This document shows positions 48,671 through 58,556 of a stretch of 64,000 bases of DNA, in pieces. Made by a program: the position numbers and the translations under genes. The stretch is from NCBI GenBank assembly GCA_965277405.1, contig OZ255726.1, forward strand, positions 928,001 through 992,000, written 5' to 3'. The notes under the pieces were generated by a model. The model was not told the DNA's origin. It did no database searches and was given only the letters and a program-made list of their open reading frames with translations. Position 1 is the stretch's first letter, and each line of letters begins with the position of its first letter. This stretch comes from Gammaproteobacteria bacterium. Lineage in GTDB: Bacteria; Pseudomonadota; Gammaproteobacteria; G965277405.

Positions 48671-48870
48671 AATACCGCACAGTAAGCGGGCAAAGCCTTG
48701 ATGAAATCGTGTGGCAGCATTACGGCAACATACCCGGCGCAGTTGAAGTTGTTTTAGCAGCCAACCGCGGACTAGCTGACCACGGCGCCATTCTTCCCAG
48801 CGGTCTGCTTATTGATTTGCCAAACTACCAACCACCAAAGCCAAGCCGAGGAATCCGCTTGTGGGACTAA
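48667..48870 (+). CDS. P2 gpX-like tail protein
   Basis: LDEIVWQHYG, VLAANRGLA, LPSG, RLWD. Confidence 0.9.
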   Translation: MKYRTVSGQSLDEIVWQHYGNIPGAVEVVLAANRGLADHGAILPSGLLIDLPNYQPPKPSRGIRLWD

Positions 48871-49865
48871 CACCGGCGTTTAAAGTTGTTGCTGAATCCC
48901 ATGATATTACCAGCAAAATCAGCGACAGATTATTAAGCCTAACAATTACCGATAATGCTGGTATCAAGTCGGATACGGTTGAAATCAGCTTAGATGACAA
49001 AGACCATCAACTTATGTTACCACGTACCGGTGCAGAATTGGCAGTGTATTTAGGTTACAAAGAAACCAGCGTTGCCCAAATGGGGCTGTATCTAGTCGAT
49101 GAAATCGAAATTCAAGGACCAGCCAACGTCTTATGTATACGTGGCAAAGCCGCCAACACCAACAAAGGCTTGCAACAACCCAAAACCCGAACATGGCAAA
49201 AGCCCGGCAAAACACCCACGCGAATATTGCTACAAGAAATTTTAGCAAGTATCGCAGCTGAGCACAGCTTAACGCCCAAACTTGGAGAAGATTTTGCAAC
49301 GCTAGCGTATGACGTAGTCAACCAGACCAACGAAAGCGACTTAAACCTATTGACCCGATTGAGCGGCAAAGAAGGAGCAATTGCCAAACCCGCCAGCGGC
49401 TTCCTGCTATTCGTCAAAAAAGGCGAAGCCAAAACCGCCAGCGGTGCAGTTATTCCAGCAATTTCTTTAACCCCCAAGGAAGTAACTGACTGGCGAGTGT
49501 CCCTTGTTGAGCGCGGGGCGTATGCCAGCGTAACAGCAAAATACCGCGATAAAGCCCAGTCGCAACAAATCGAAGTGCGCACAGGCAACGAAGAACCAAC
49601 GTATACTATCCGCAAATTGTTCAAAGATAAGACAGAGGCAAGCAAAGCGGCAACTGCCCAACTTGAAAACTTTCAACGCGGCAAGTCTACAGTCAGCCTG
49701 CAATTACCCGGCAACCCGGTAATCATGGCCGAAGCAGCACTAAAGCTATCTAGTTTCCGCGACGGCGTGAACGGAACATGGATTGTCGAGACAGCAACAC
49801 ATACATTTAATAACAGTGGCTATTCTGTCATACTAACAGGTACCGCCAAAAAAGCATCAAAGTAA
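48861..49865 (+). CDS. P2 gpD-like baseplate hub / late control D
   Basis: DITSKISDRLLSL.ITDNAG..SD, QTNESDLNLLTRL. Confidence 0.92.
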   Translation: MGLTPAFKVVAESHDITSKISDRLLSLTITDNAGIKSDTVEISLDDKDHQLMLPRTGAELAVYLGYKETSVAQMGLYLVDEIEIQGPANVLCIRGKAANTNKGLQQPKTRTWQKPGKTPTRILLQEILASIAAEHSLTPKLGEDFATLAYDVVNQTNESDLNLLTRLSGKEGAIAKPASGFLLFVKKGEAKTASGAVIPAISLTPKEVTDWRVSLVERGAYASVTAKYRDKAQSQQIEVRTGNEEPTYTIRKLFKDKTEASKAATAQLENFQRGKSTVSLQLPGNPVIMAEAALKLSSFRDGVNGTWIVETATHTFNNSGYSVILTGTAKKASK

Positions 49866-49962
49866 TTTAAAATACCACGGTACAAAATGTGGTACACAAA
49901 TAAAGAATATTGCCATCATTTATTCAAATAACCTTGATTATATATAGCATTTCGCACATAGC

Positions 49963-50054
<92 letters not shown>

Positions 50055-50174
50055 TAATAATCGAGATACTAGCAAAGTATTGTGTATTTCCCATATACAA
50101 TTTGGTTATATTAGCGCACCGATGCTATCACGTTGTATTCGATAGTGAAATTATGTTTTTTATGAGTAGTAGGT

Positions 50175-51293
50175 ATGGAGTTTTTATTTGATATAGGGTT
50201 ATTTGCTGCAAAATTAATTGTAGTGTTGGTGTTCATTGCAGCGGTGTTGATGATTGTGATAGGAATGATATCGTGCGCAACTAGTCAAGGTGGCGGTAAA
50301 AACGAGTTTAAAATTACGATTACAGAGCTGAATAAACGCTGGCAAGCAACGCATGATTTAATGACTGGTGCTTTGTTGGACAAAGCACAATTAAAATTAT
50401 TTCATAAACAAGAAAAGTCTCACAATAAGAAAATTGCGAAGCAGCAAAAAAAAGAAGCAAAATTGACTAAAAAAATTGCAAAGACGCAAGCCGAGGATAA
50501 GCCAACTACAGCGGCAGTTTTGCACCATGGTAAAAGTTTGTTTGTGATTGACTTTAAAGGCGATATTCACGCGAGCCAAGTCAAGGAAATGCGCGAAGCG
50601 GTGACAGCGGTGCTGTCATGTGCTACCTCAGAAGATGAAATTCTGTTGCGGTTAGAAAGTCCAGGAGGGATGGTGCCTGGATATGGACTTGCGGCGGCAC
50701 AATTACAGCGGATTAAAAGCGCAGGCATTCCTTTAACGTGCAGTATTGATAAAGTTGCTGCCAGTGGCGGGTATTTAATGGCGTGTTTGGGCGATACAAT
50801 CATTTCGTCGCCATTTGCGATTGTTGGTTCGATTGGGGTTGTTGCGCAAATGCCTAACTTTTATCGCCTTCTTAAAAAAATGAATGTCGATATAGAGTTA
50901 CATACAGCTGGTAGATTTAAAAGAACATTGACCGTTATAGGAAAAAATACTGCAGAAGGTAGGGAAAAGTTCAAACAAGATTTAGAAGAAATGCATGTGT
51001 TGTTTAAAGAATTCGTCCAGAGCGCGCGACCGACACTGGACATCGAAACTGTTGCAACTGGTGAGTATTGGTATGGCAAGGCTGCACTAGATTTGCATTT
51101 AGTCGATACAATTCAAACCAGCGACGAATATATTTTAACGGCAATACAAGAGCGAAAAGTTTTGCATATAGATGTACACACAAAAAAATCACTCAGCCAA
51201 AAATTAGGCAGAGCTGCTGAGCAATTATTTTCTCGGGTGGCGCTTAAGTTATGGCAATACACCTATGAACGCCAATTACTCAATAAGGAGTAA
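50175..51293 (+). CDS. sohB: Protease SohB (S49)
   Basis: FKGDI, LESPGG..GYGLAAAQL, DKVAASGGYLMAC, GSIGV. Confidence 0.95.
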   Translation: MEFLFDIGLFAAKLIVVLVFIAAVLMIVIGMISCATSQGGGKNEFKITITELNKRWQATHDLMTGALLDKAQLKLFHKQEKSHNKKIAKQQKKEAKLTKKIAKTQAEDKPTTAAVLHHGKSLFVIDFKGDIHASQVKEMREAVTAVLSCATSEDEILLRLESPGGMVPGYGLAAAQLQRIKSAGIPLTCSIDKVAASGGYLMACLGDTIISSPFAIVGSIGVVAQMPNFYRLLKKMNVDIELHTAGRFKRTLTVIGKNTAEGREKFKQDLEEMHVLFKEFVQSARPTLDIETVATGEYWYGKAALDLHLVDTIQTSDEYILTAIQERKVLHIDVHTKKSLSQKLGRAAEQLFSRVALKLWQYTYERQLLNKE

Positions 51294-51295
51294 CT

Positions 51296-52156
51296 GTGCA
51301 AATTGCAGATACCCATTGCCATTATTATTTTCAACAATTCGATGGTGATTGTGCTGCTGTTGTTGCTGCAGATACAGCGTCTGGTGTCCAGTTACAAGTC
51401 CAAATTGGCTGTGATAAACAATCAAGCATGGCGGCGATACGCTTGGCAAAGCAGCACCACCATATGCGGGCAACAATCGGCGTGCATCCAACTGCAGTTG
51501 CGCCCTTGTTTAATATTGAACATCGACAACTTACCAATAATCGAATATCTTTTCCTGCTGATACTCATCAGTCATTGGATGAAATGATGACATGGATGGC
51601 TGACACGGTTGCCATGGAGCCAAATCTCGTTGTTGGTATTGGTGAAACAGGACTAGACCGTTATCATGATGACAGTCAACATCTACTAGAGTGGCAAACT
51701 GACTCTTTTATACGACATGTTGCGTTAGCCCGCGATACTGACCTTGCATTAGTTGTCCATACTAGAAATGCCAGAGTTGAAACACTTGATTTTTTAGGTG
51801 CCCACATACGCGGCAAAAATATTCGTGGTGTGATTCATAGCTTTGCTGATGATACAGAATTTGCCCAATTTTGCTGGCAGGAGTGTGACATGTTCTTGGG
51901 TATTGGAGGTATTGCCAGTTATGCCTCATCCCAAGCAACACGAGATGCTATTGCTGCAACTCCCATAGAATATTTAGTGTGTGAAACAGACGCGCCGTTT
52001 CTTGTCCCGCGTGGCTTTCGTAAGCAGGGTTGTAAACGCGCTGAATCGAAACACATTATAGAAATTATTGAACTGATTGCCCAATTACACCGTCAATCAG
52101 TTGCATATGTTGCCGATGCAATGTGGCAGAATTCTCAGAGGCTTTTTAACACCTGA
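51296..52156 (+). CDS. TatD-family nuclease
   Basis: DTHCH, GVHP, IGETGLD, HTRNA, ETDAPFL. Confidence 0.92.
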   Translation: MQIADTHCHYYFQQFDGDCAAVVAADTASGVQLQVQIGCDKQSSMAAIRLAKQHHHMRATIGVHPTAVAPLFNIEHRQLTNNRISFPADTHQSLDEMMTWMADTVAMEPNLVVGIGETGLDRYHDDSQHLLEWQTDSFIRHVALARDTDLALVVHTRNARVETLDFLGAHIRGKNIRGVIHSFADDTEFAQFCWQECDMFLGIGGIASYASSQATRDAIAATPIEYLVCETDAPFLVPRGFRKQGCKRAESKHIIEIIELIAQLHRQSVAYVADAMWQNSQRLFNT

Positions 52157-52818
52157 TGAGCAAGTACATATTCTTATTTGATTTAGACGGTACGTTAATC
52201 GATAGCGCTGCTGATTTGATTGACTCGATTCGCTTGGTTTTCATTGCAGAAAACATTCCTTTTTATCCGCCAAATGATTTTGCGCAATATGTGTCTGATG
52301 GATTAAAAGGCATGCTTGCAGTAATTTTAGGTGATGATTCTGGGCATGATTTTGACAAACTCTTTGAATTAATTATTGCAAAATACCAACACCATCCAAT
52401 TTGCAACACCAAGTTATATCCAGGTATTGCCGCGACAATCGATTGGCTGAATGCGAGCCAGCATCGTTGGGGCATTGTTACCAACAAACAACGCAACTTA
52501 ACAGCAAATATTTGCAGAGAAATACCACTGCTTGCAACTGCGGAAGTGTTGGTCTGTGGCGATGACGGTCATGAGCGGAAGCCGAGCCCTGCTGGGATTC
52601 AAGTTGCCCAAGATCAACTCAAAGTTACTATATCGAATTACCAGACTATATATGTAGGTGATCACAATAAAGATGTGGCTGCTGCCAAGGCTATAGATGC
52701 AGTGGCAATTGCTTGCGGATTTGGCTATTGCTCGCGTTGGGAGCTAAACACCTATGATTATTGGCTCGATGATTCTGAGCAGATGTTAGCAGTTTGTCAA
52801 CAAATCACGAAAAAATAA
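52156..52818 (+). CDS. HAD phosphatase (Gph/MupP-like)
   Basis: FDLDGTLIDS, WGIVTNK, KPSP, YVGD. Confidence 0.85.
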   Translation: MSKYIFLFDLDGTLIDSAADLIDSIRLVFIAENIPFYPPNDFAQYVSDGLKGMLAVILGDDSGHDFDKLFELIIAKYQHHPICNTKLYPGIAATIDWLNASQHRWGIVTNKQRNLTANICREIPLLATAEVLVCGDDGHERKPSPAGIQVAQDQLKVTISNYQTIYVGDHNKDVAAAKAIDAVAIACGFGYCSRWELNTYDYWLDDSEQMLAVCQQITKK

Positions 52819-52872
52819 TGTATGTGGTGCAGGATTATATGGTTATCTCAGAGTGTGTATGGGTGTATGTAA

Positions 52873-53143
52873 GCAACTGCTGATTAAGTCCATACAGGGC
52901 GAGACAGAGAAAAAACGCTGATGAAACTTAAGCGCATGCGCAGATAATACTGGTGGTATTATCAAGTGCTGCAATACGTTAACGCAGCGTTTTTTCCCGT
53001 CCTTCTGTTGAATATACAACCGTTTGTGACAATTGCTGAGTTTGCTGTGTCGCATTCCTTAGCGTATATGCTACGGCATGTTCCTTGCAATCATCAGCAA
53101 TTGCCAACAAATTGGCTTTATCAGCGACTTAATCAGAGACCAC
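52873..53143 (+). mobile_element. MITE copy overlapping the znuA 3' end
   Basis: GCAACTGCTGATTAAGTCC ... GACTTAATCAGAGACCAC-TTAA; internal sequence near consensus. Confidence 0.9.
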
Positions 53144-54185
53144 TTAAGCAACTGTTAAAACTAGTTGTAACTTGATTTAATAATTTGATATAAAGTTGCG
53201 GCCCTGCTTGCAGCGTTGTCCCAAGGGGGTTGATTGTTTGGGTGTGTTTGATGCCTTTAGTTCGTAATGCATCAATAAGCCGAGGGTCAGACTCTGGTTC
53301 ATTGAGCATGCAGAATACCGACTGTTGCTCGATCGTATCAATAATATTCTTAAGATGTTTTGCACTGACACCAACATGTGAGTGACCAATGTTGACTACA
53401 CCTTTTTTACCTTCTAAACCAAAATAACGTTCAAAATAGGTATAACCGTCGTGGAAAACGATGAATGGCTCTTTGGTGACTAGTTGCAGCTGTTGCGCCA
53501 TTTTGTTGATACTCTGTTGAATATTTGCTTGCCAACGGGCGGTATTCTCAGTTATTTTATTTGCATGCAGGGGATATTCTGTAGTGAGTACCGCTGCAAT
53601 TGTATCCAGCATCTTTAGTGCATTATGCGGATCAAGCCAGATATGTGCGTCGATCGTATGCTCCGCATCATGATGTTCACCTTCTTCATGCTCGTCTTCA
53701 TCATGATGTTCATCTTCTTCATGCTCATGTTCTTCATGCTCGTCTTCTTCATGATGTTCGTCTTCTTCATGCTCGTCTTCATCATGATGTTCGTCTTCTT
53801 CATGCTCGTCTTCATCATGATGTTCGTCGTCGTCATCACCTGCAACCTTGATGAGGGTAATGCCAGGTGTTTTGAGTAGTTCAACACTTTTCGTAGTTTT
53901 TTGTAGGCGAATTGCGCGTGTGATATTGCTTTCTAGCGTTGGTCCAACCCAAAAAACCACATCTCCTTCGTTGATTTTTTTAATATCAGACGGTTTAAGT
54001 ATATAATCATGCGGTGACTCACTGGTAATCAACAACTCTGGAGACCCCCAGCCGTCCATAACCATGGAGACAAGCGAATGGATGGGTTTTAGCGTTACAA
54101 CAACAGCAACAGTATCTGCATGCGCAGTATTCAGCGAAAACACAAGAATCCAGCAAATGGAAATTGATTTGATTAAATTTTTCAT
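53133..54185 (-). CDS. znuA: Zinc ABC substrate-binding protein with His/Glu/Asp loop
   Basis: SPHDY.LKPSD, FWVGPTLE, DAHIWLDP, FHDGYTYFE. Confidence 0.95.
   Translation of the reverse strand: MKNLIKSISICWILVFSLNTAHADTVAVVVTLKPIHSLVSMVMDGWGSPELLITSESPHDYILKPSDIKKINEGDVVFWVGPTLESNITRAIRLQKTTKSVELLKTPGITLIKVAGDDDDEHHDEDEHEEDEHHDEDEHEEDEHHEEDEHEEHEHEEDEHHDEDEHEEGEHHDAEHTIDAHIWLDPHNALKMLDTIAAVLTTEYPLHANKITENTARWQANIQQSINKMAQQLQLVTKEPFIVFHDGYTYFERYFGLEGKKGVVNIGHSHVGVSAKHLKNIIDTIEQQSVFCMLNEPESDPRLIDALRTKGIKHTQTINPLGTTLQAGPQLYIKLLNQVTTSFNSCLSGL
53661..53837 (-). repeat. About 33-bp repeats encoding DEDEHEEDEHH
   Basis: Roughly five imperfect units in the znuA loop. Confidence 0.85.
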
Positions 54186-54199
54186 ACCTTTAATTTAGC

Positions 54200-54240
54200 G
54201 TAATGTTATAAAACTTTAATGTAGCGTTATGTTATAACAT
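54200..54240. promoter_or_regulatory. Two Zur boxes in the divergent znuA/znuC gap
   Basis: GTAATG-T-TATAAA and GTTATG-T-TATAAC match the GTTATA-N-TATAAC core. Confidence 0.75.
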
Positions 54241-54246
54241 GTCAAT

Positions 54247-54957
54247 ATGGATGACACAATAATATCTTTACAAGCAGTTTCGTTTTCAACCGAGAATACC
54301 AAGGTTGTATATGATATTGACTTAACAGTATTCAGGCAACAAATTATTACCCTGATTGGACCAAATGGCTCTGGTAAATCAACATTAGCAAAGTTGCTCG
54401 TTGGCATTTATGCGCCGACAACAGGAAAAATTATCCGCGATGAGCGGTTACGTGTTGGTTATGTTCCGCAACATTTTATGATTGAACGTGTCCTGCCGAT
54501 TCGGGTCATTGAGTTTTTGCATTTGTTCGCAAAAACCAGTGCGACAGTGTTTAATAAGATAATTGCATGGACTAAAACTGAACATTTATTGGATGCACAG
54601 TTAGCACAACTTTCTGGAGGACAACTGCGTCGCGTTATTCTGGCGCGTTCTTTGTTAAAGAAACCAGATTTGTTGGTATTAGATGAGCCGTTGCAGGGCG
54701 TTGATTTTCATGGTGAATTGGAATTATATGAATTAATCAACCAAATTCATGACCATTTAAGCTGTGGCGTTGTCTTAATTTCGCACGATTTGCATGTGGT
54801 GATGTCATCAACCAGTCAGGTTGTATGTTTAAACCGTCATATTTGTTGCCAAGGATCGCCGCAGCTAGTCAGTACCGATGCCCAATATAAGAAACTGTTT
54901 GGCAACCAGCCGTTGGCAGTATATACCCATCATCACGACCACCAGCATCCACAATGA
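54247..54957 (+). CDS. znuC: Zinc ABC ATPase
   Basis: GPNGSGKST, GYVPQ, LSGGQ, CLNRHICCQG, His-rich tail. Confidence 0.95.
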   Translation: MDDTIISLQAVSFSTENTKVVYDIDLTVFRQQIITLIGPNGSGKSTLAKLLVGIYAPTTGKIIRDERLRVGYVPQHFMIERVLPIRVIEFLHLFAKTSATVFNKIIAWTKTEHLLDAQLAQLSGGQLRRVILARSLLKKPDLLVLDEPLQGVDFHGELELYELINQIHDHLSCGVVLISHDLHVVMSSTSQVVCLNRHICCQGSPQLVSTDAQYKKLFGNQPLAVYTHHHDHQHPQ

Positions 54958-55748
54958 ATACATTATTATTAAATGCTGCATTATCAGGAATTGCAATTGC
55001 CTTAGTCAGCGGTCCTATCGGTTGTTGCGTGGTATGGCGACAGATGGCTTTTGTTGGAGAAACAATGGCGCATGCTGCATTGCTTGCTGTTTCGCTCGCC
55101 TTGTTATTTGAACTGGGTGTAGACTGGGTGGTGTTTGTGGTTTCTATAACTGCAGGGACATTATTGTTATTGCTCCAACGAAGCAAACAACTGACTACGG
55201 ATTCATCTTTATCGCTTATTGCTCATAGCATGCTCAGCCTTGGATTATTGCTGTTGGCTTTGCGACCAAGTGCACAAATTAATTGGTATGGTATTCTTTT
55301 TGGTGATATTTTGACTGTTTCCACAGTCAATGTATATTTAATTGCCGCTGCAAGCCTGATAATTTTGACCATACTGTATTGTATCTGGCAACCTTTGCTA
55401 TTGTATATTATTAATAAAGAAATGGCTACAGCTGAACAAGTTCCACGCTATATAGAAGTAGTCTTTTTCTTGTTGCTTGCAGCTATTGTCTCGATGGCTA
55501 TTAAAGTTGTCGGCACCCTACTGCTTACAGGATTATTGGTTATTCCTGCATTAGCAGCAAGGTTTGCTGCACAATCCCCAAGTGGCATGGCAATCATGGC
55601 CTCAATCATCGGCAGTATCGCTGTCATCTCAGGACTTGGTGCTTCATATTTCTTTGATACGCCAACTGGGCCAAGCATTGTATTATGTGCGTTAAGCGTC
55701 TTCATTATGTTACGGTTAGCCAATGTGGTGAGGTCGCACAATGGATAA
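54954..55748 (+). CDS. znuB: Zinc ABC permease
   Basis: GCCVVWRQMAFVGETMAH, LFGDIL, DTPTGPSIV. Confidence 0.93.
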   Translation: MNTLLLNAALSGIAIALVSGPIGCCVVWRQMAFVGETMAHAALLAVSLALLFELGVDWVVFVVSITAGTLLLLLQRSKQLTTDSSLSLIAHSMLSLGLLLLALRPSAQINWYGILFGDILTVSTVNVYLIAAASLIILTILYCIWQPLLLYIINKEMATAEQVPRYIEVVFFLLLAAIVSMAIKVVGTLLLTGLLVIPALAARFAAQSPSGMAIMASIIGSIAVISGLGASYFFDTPTGPSIVLCALSVFIMLRLANVVRSHNG

Positions 55749-56124
55749 TGTAGCGTTAACCAAAAACCAACAATTGGTGTTGCAAGTCCTTACTCAAGCG
55801 CAAAAACCTTTAAGCGCATACGAGATTCTGTATGCATTGCACGGTGATGGTCTACATGCTCCCACACAAGTCTATAGGGCGTTACAAGCACTACAAACAC
55901 TGCATATGATTCATAAAATTGATTCACGCAACGCTTTTGTCATTTGTAAGCAAGACCACCACCAATCAACGATAGCTTTCAAGAATTGTATACAATGCGG
56001 AACTTATACAGAAATTACATTAGATCTGGCGCATATTGCAGCTTTGAAAGATTTCACCGTTCAAGAAACGTCGATTGAAATCAAAGGAACATGCAGTGTT
56101 TGCGCAAAATTGCCTAAGAAATAA
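55741..56124 (+). CDS. zur: Zinc uptake regulator (Fur family)
   Basis: LTKNQ, PLSAYEIL, PTQVYRAL, two CxxC pairs. Confidence 0.9.
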   Translation: MDNVALTKNQQLVLQVLTQAQKPLSAYEILYALHGDGLHAPTQVYRALQALQTLHMIHKIDSRNAFVICKQDHHQSTIAFKNCIQCGTYTEITLDLAHIAALKDFTVQETSIEIKGTCSVCAKLPKK

Positions 56125-56205
56125 CTTAAAGAATTCCTGACAACCTGACAACTGCAACACATAGCTCTAAATAAGAGAAAACACATCCGTCGTAATTTAA
56201 GTTAG

Positions 56206-56442
56206 GGAAGCTCTGAACAATTCACCACATTTGATTTTTTCGACACGGCAATGCTCAAAACGATAAACTTAACAGCTGAATAGCTATTTTTGTTCACTTT
56301 TTCTTGTTTTTATCCGTTTTTGCTGAATTTCCTATGTTTTGGACGCACTAACCCTATGGTTGCGGCAAATACTTGTGACTGCGCACAAGATTTGTAAGTC
56401 CAGCAAGCATGTATAGTTGGTTGGTTGGTATTCTTTGCTAAG
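56206..56442 (-). mobile_element. Right-end relic of an IS5-subgroup element
   Basis: TTAG-GGAAGCTCTGAACAA terminus; minus strand 56354-56441 reads LAKNTNQ/LYMLAGLTNLVRSHKYLPQP* after removing a 4-bp CCAA duplication. Confidence 0.65.
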
Positions 56443-56727
56443 GGAAGCTCTGATTAAGTCCATAATGGGCGAGACGGAGAAAAAACGCTGATGATAACTA
56501 GACGCAGTGCGCAGATAATACTGGTGGTATTATCAAGTAATGCAACGCCGTTAGCGCAGCGTTTTTTCCCGTCCTTCTGTTGAATATACTTTGGGTTTGC
56601 TGCAGCGGTACTTGCTGTGTTGCATCCCTTGGCGTATATGCTACGGCATGCGCTTAGCGGTTTGCGCCTTGCAATCATCAGCAATTGCCATCAAACTCGC
56701 TCCATCGGCGACTTAATCATAGCTGCC
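56443..56727 (+). mobile_element. MITE copy, full length
   Basis: GGAAGCTCTGATTAAGTCC ... GACTTAATCATAGCTGCC-TTAG. Confidence 0.92.
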
Positions 56728-56759
56728 TTAGCTCTCATTGCTGTCATTGTTGCCGATGA

Positions 56760-56900
56760 TTATTGGAAGTTGCGCGTCTGCAGCCCGCTGATGTCTGTTG
56801 TTTAGAGCAGCTGTGTGACGATGTGAACGTTTATTTGTCAATCCTGCATAAATCTGGTATCGTTGCGCTGCTGTCAGTCTGGTATTAGACTTTGGTATAG
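56760..56900 (-). pseudogene. Possible IS30-family transposase N-terminal remnant
   Basis: TRLTAAQRYQIYAGL...NRH resembles the IS30 HTH start (LT.EQRYQI.AL). Confidence 0.4.
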
Positions 56901-56994
56901 TGTTCTCACATTGGTTGAGTGACCGTGAACGTTGCTTACTTGCCGTAAAATTCAATCTGTCGGGCTAGCGATTCAAACCCGCATCCAAAAAATA

Positions 56995-57741
56995 ATGAAA
57001 AATTTAGTTTTATTACGCCATGGCGAGAGCCAATGGAATTTATCAAACCGCTTCACGGGCTGGCGTGATATTGATTTAACCGAGCAAGGCCGCCAAGAAG
57101 CCCAACAAGCTGGAATTGCCCTAAAAGAAGCTGGCTTAGTATTTGATATTGCGTATACATCTGTGCTCAAACGCGCTATCCGTACGTTGTGGATCTCCCT
57201 CGACGAACTTGATCAAATGTGGCTACCGGTCCAACGACATTGGCAATTAAATGAACGTCACTACGGCGGTCTTGAGGGGCTGAACAAACAACAAACTGCA
57301 CAACAACACGGTGACGAACAAGTCAAAATCTGGCGCCGATCTTTTGATAAACGTCCACCAGAACTACCGATAGATGACCCACACCACCCAACAAACCAAA
57401 GCCGCTATGCGACTATTTCCCGCGATGCGCTACCAAGTTGCGAAAGCCTTAAAGATGTAATGGAACGCTGTATGCCATTATGGCAGTCCGTCATCCAAGC
57501 GCAGTTGCAACGCGGGAGTAATGTCCTGATTGTCGCACATGGTAATACCCTGCGTGCATTGGTGATGCACTTAGATAGCTTAAGTCCGCAAGATATTATG
57601 GAGATCAATATTCCAACAGGTATTCCATTGTGGTATCAACTAGACGATACTCTCAAACCTATTTCATCAATGTATATTGGTGATCAGCAGCGCATTCAAG
57701 CAAAACAACAACAAGTCGCAGCACAAGGTAAGTCTACGTAA
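56995..57741 (+). CDS. gpmA: 2,3-BPG-dependent phosphoglycerate mutase
   Basis: LVLLRHGESQWN, LNERHYG, AHGNTLRAL, NIPTGIP. Confidence 0.97.
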   Translation: MKNLVLLRHGESQWNLSNRFTGWRDIDLTEQGRQEAQQAGIALKEAGLVFDIAYTSVLKRAIRTLWISLDELDQMWLPVQRHWQLNERHYGGLEGLNKQQTAQQHGDEQVKIWRRSFDKRPPELPIDDPHHPTNQSRYATISRDALPSCESLKDVMERCMPLWQSVIQAQLQRGSNVLIVAHGNTLRALVMHLDSLSPQDIMEINIPTGIPLWYQLDDTLKPISSMYIGDQQRIQAKQQQVAAQGKST

Positions 57742-57899
57742 TCTTTTTTGATGCATTGTATAAAATGGCTGCAAGTAATTGCATTCAATACCAATTGGGT
57801 TGCTGTAATCAGCACTGTTCACCCGCACATAAGAAAATATGCGCAACATCTTCATGTTTACAGGTGCCGTCCCGCATCTAAAACCTAATCCACACGACA

Positions 57900-58490
57900 A
57901 TGGCGCTACACCCCAATACTGAGAAACAGCAGGAAATTGCGAGAGCAGTTGTCCGCAAACTTAGCAGATCACCACGCGAAAAAATAACCATCGCCACGAT
58001 TGCCAAAGAAGTGGGTGTGACAGAATCCGCGTTATATCGTCACTTTCCTAGTAAAATGAAAATGATGACACATTTGCTGGTTTTTGCCAAAGACAGCATT
58101 CTCCGTATTATCAACACTGTTTCTCACAATGAATCAGACCCTGTTATCAAGCTCCGCCACATTTTTAATTTATTGTTGGTATTTGCTAAAAAAAACCCTG
58201 GCATTTCTCGGTTACTGGTCGAAGGTAATGCTGACGACGTAACTGAACTTGGCGCTTTAATCAACCAACTGTTTAATCAATTAGAAACCCAAATAAAAAT
58301 AATCGTTCGAATGACGCCGTCGAGCTCATATGCCAACAAGCACACCACTTCGTTTTCCAAGTTGTTTGTACAAATCTATCAAGGTAAGCTGTTCCAATTC
58401 GTCAACTCAGGTTTTCAAACACAGCCAGATGAACAGTGGGAAGTTTCATGGAATATTCTTGCTTCATCACTGCAAATAACCACTGAGTAA
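57900..58490 (+). CDS. slmA: Nucleoid occlusion factor SlmA
   Basis: ITIATIAKEVGVTESALYRHFPSK, FAKKNPGISRLL. Confidence 0.85.
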   Translation: MALHPNTEKQQEIARAVVRKLSRSPREKITIATIAKEVGVTESALYRHFPSKMKMMTHLLVFAKDSILRIINTVSHNESDPVIKLRHIFNLLLVFAKKNPGISRLLVEGNADDVTELGALINQLFNQLETQIKIIVRMTPSSSYANKHTTSFSKLFVQIYQGKLFQFVNSGFQTQPDEQWEVSWNILASSLQITTE

Positions 58491-58556
58491 TTTCACTCAA
58501 GTTATACATAGCATTGCATACTATTCATCCAACATAGCTAATAAGACGCCGCATAT

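Larger units (their letters stand above)
33165..49865 (+). mobile_element. Left-truncated prophage: Mu-like head plus P2-like contractile tail
   Basis: Contiguous structural genes from a portal remnant to gpD, ending about 100 bp from the tRNA-Ser 3' end. Confidence 0.93.

Noticed and set aside
53615-53887. Met-rich alternate-frame ORFs over znuA
   Set aside because: Shadows of the His/Glu/Asp repeat.
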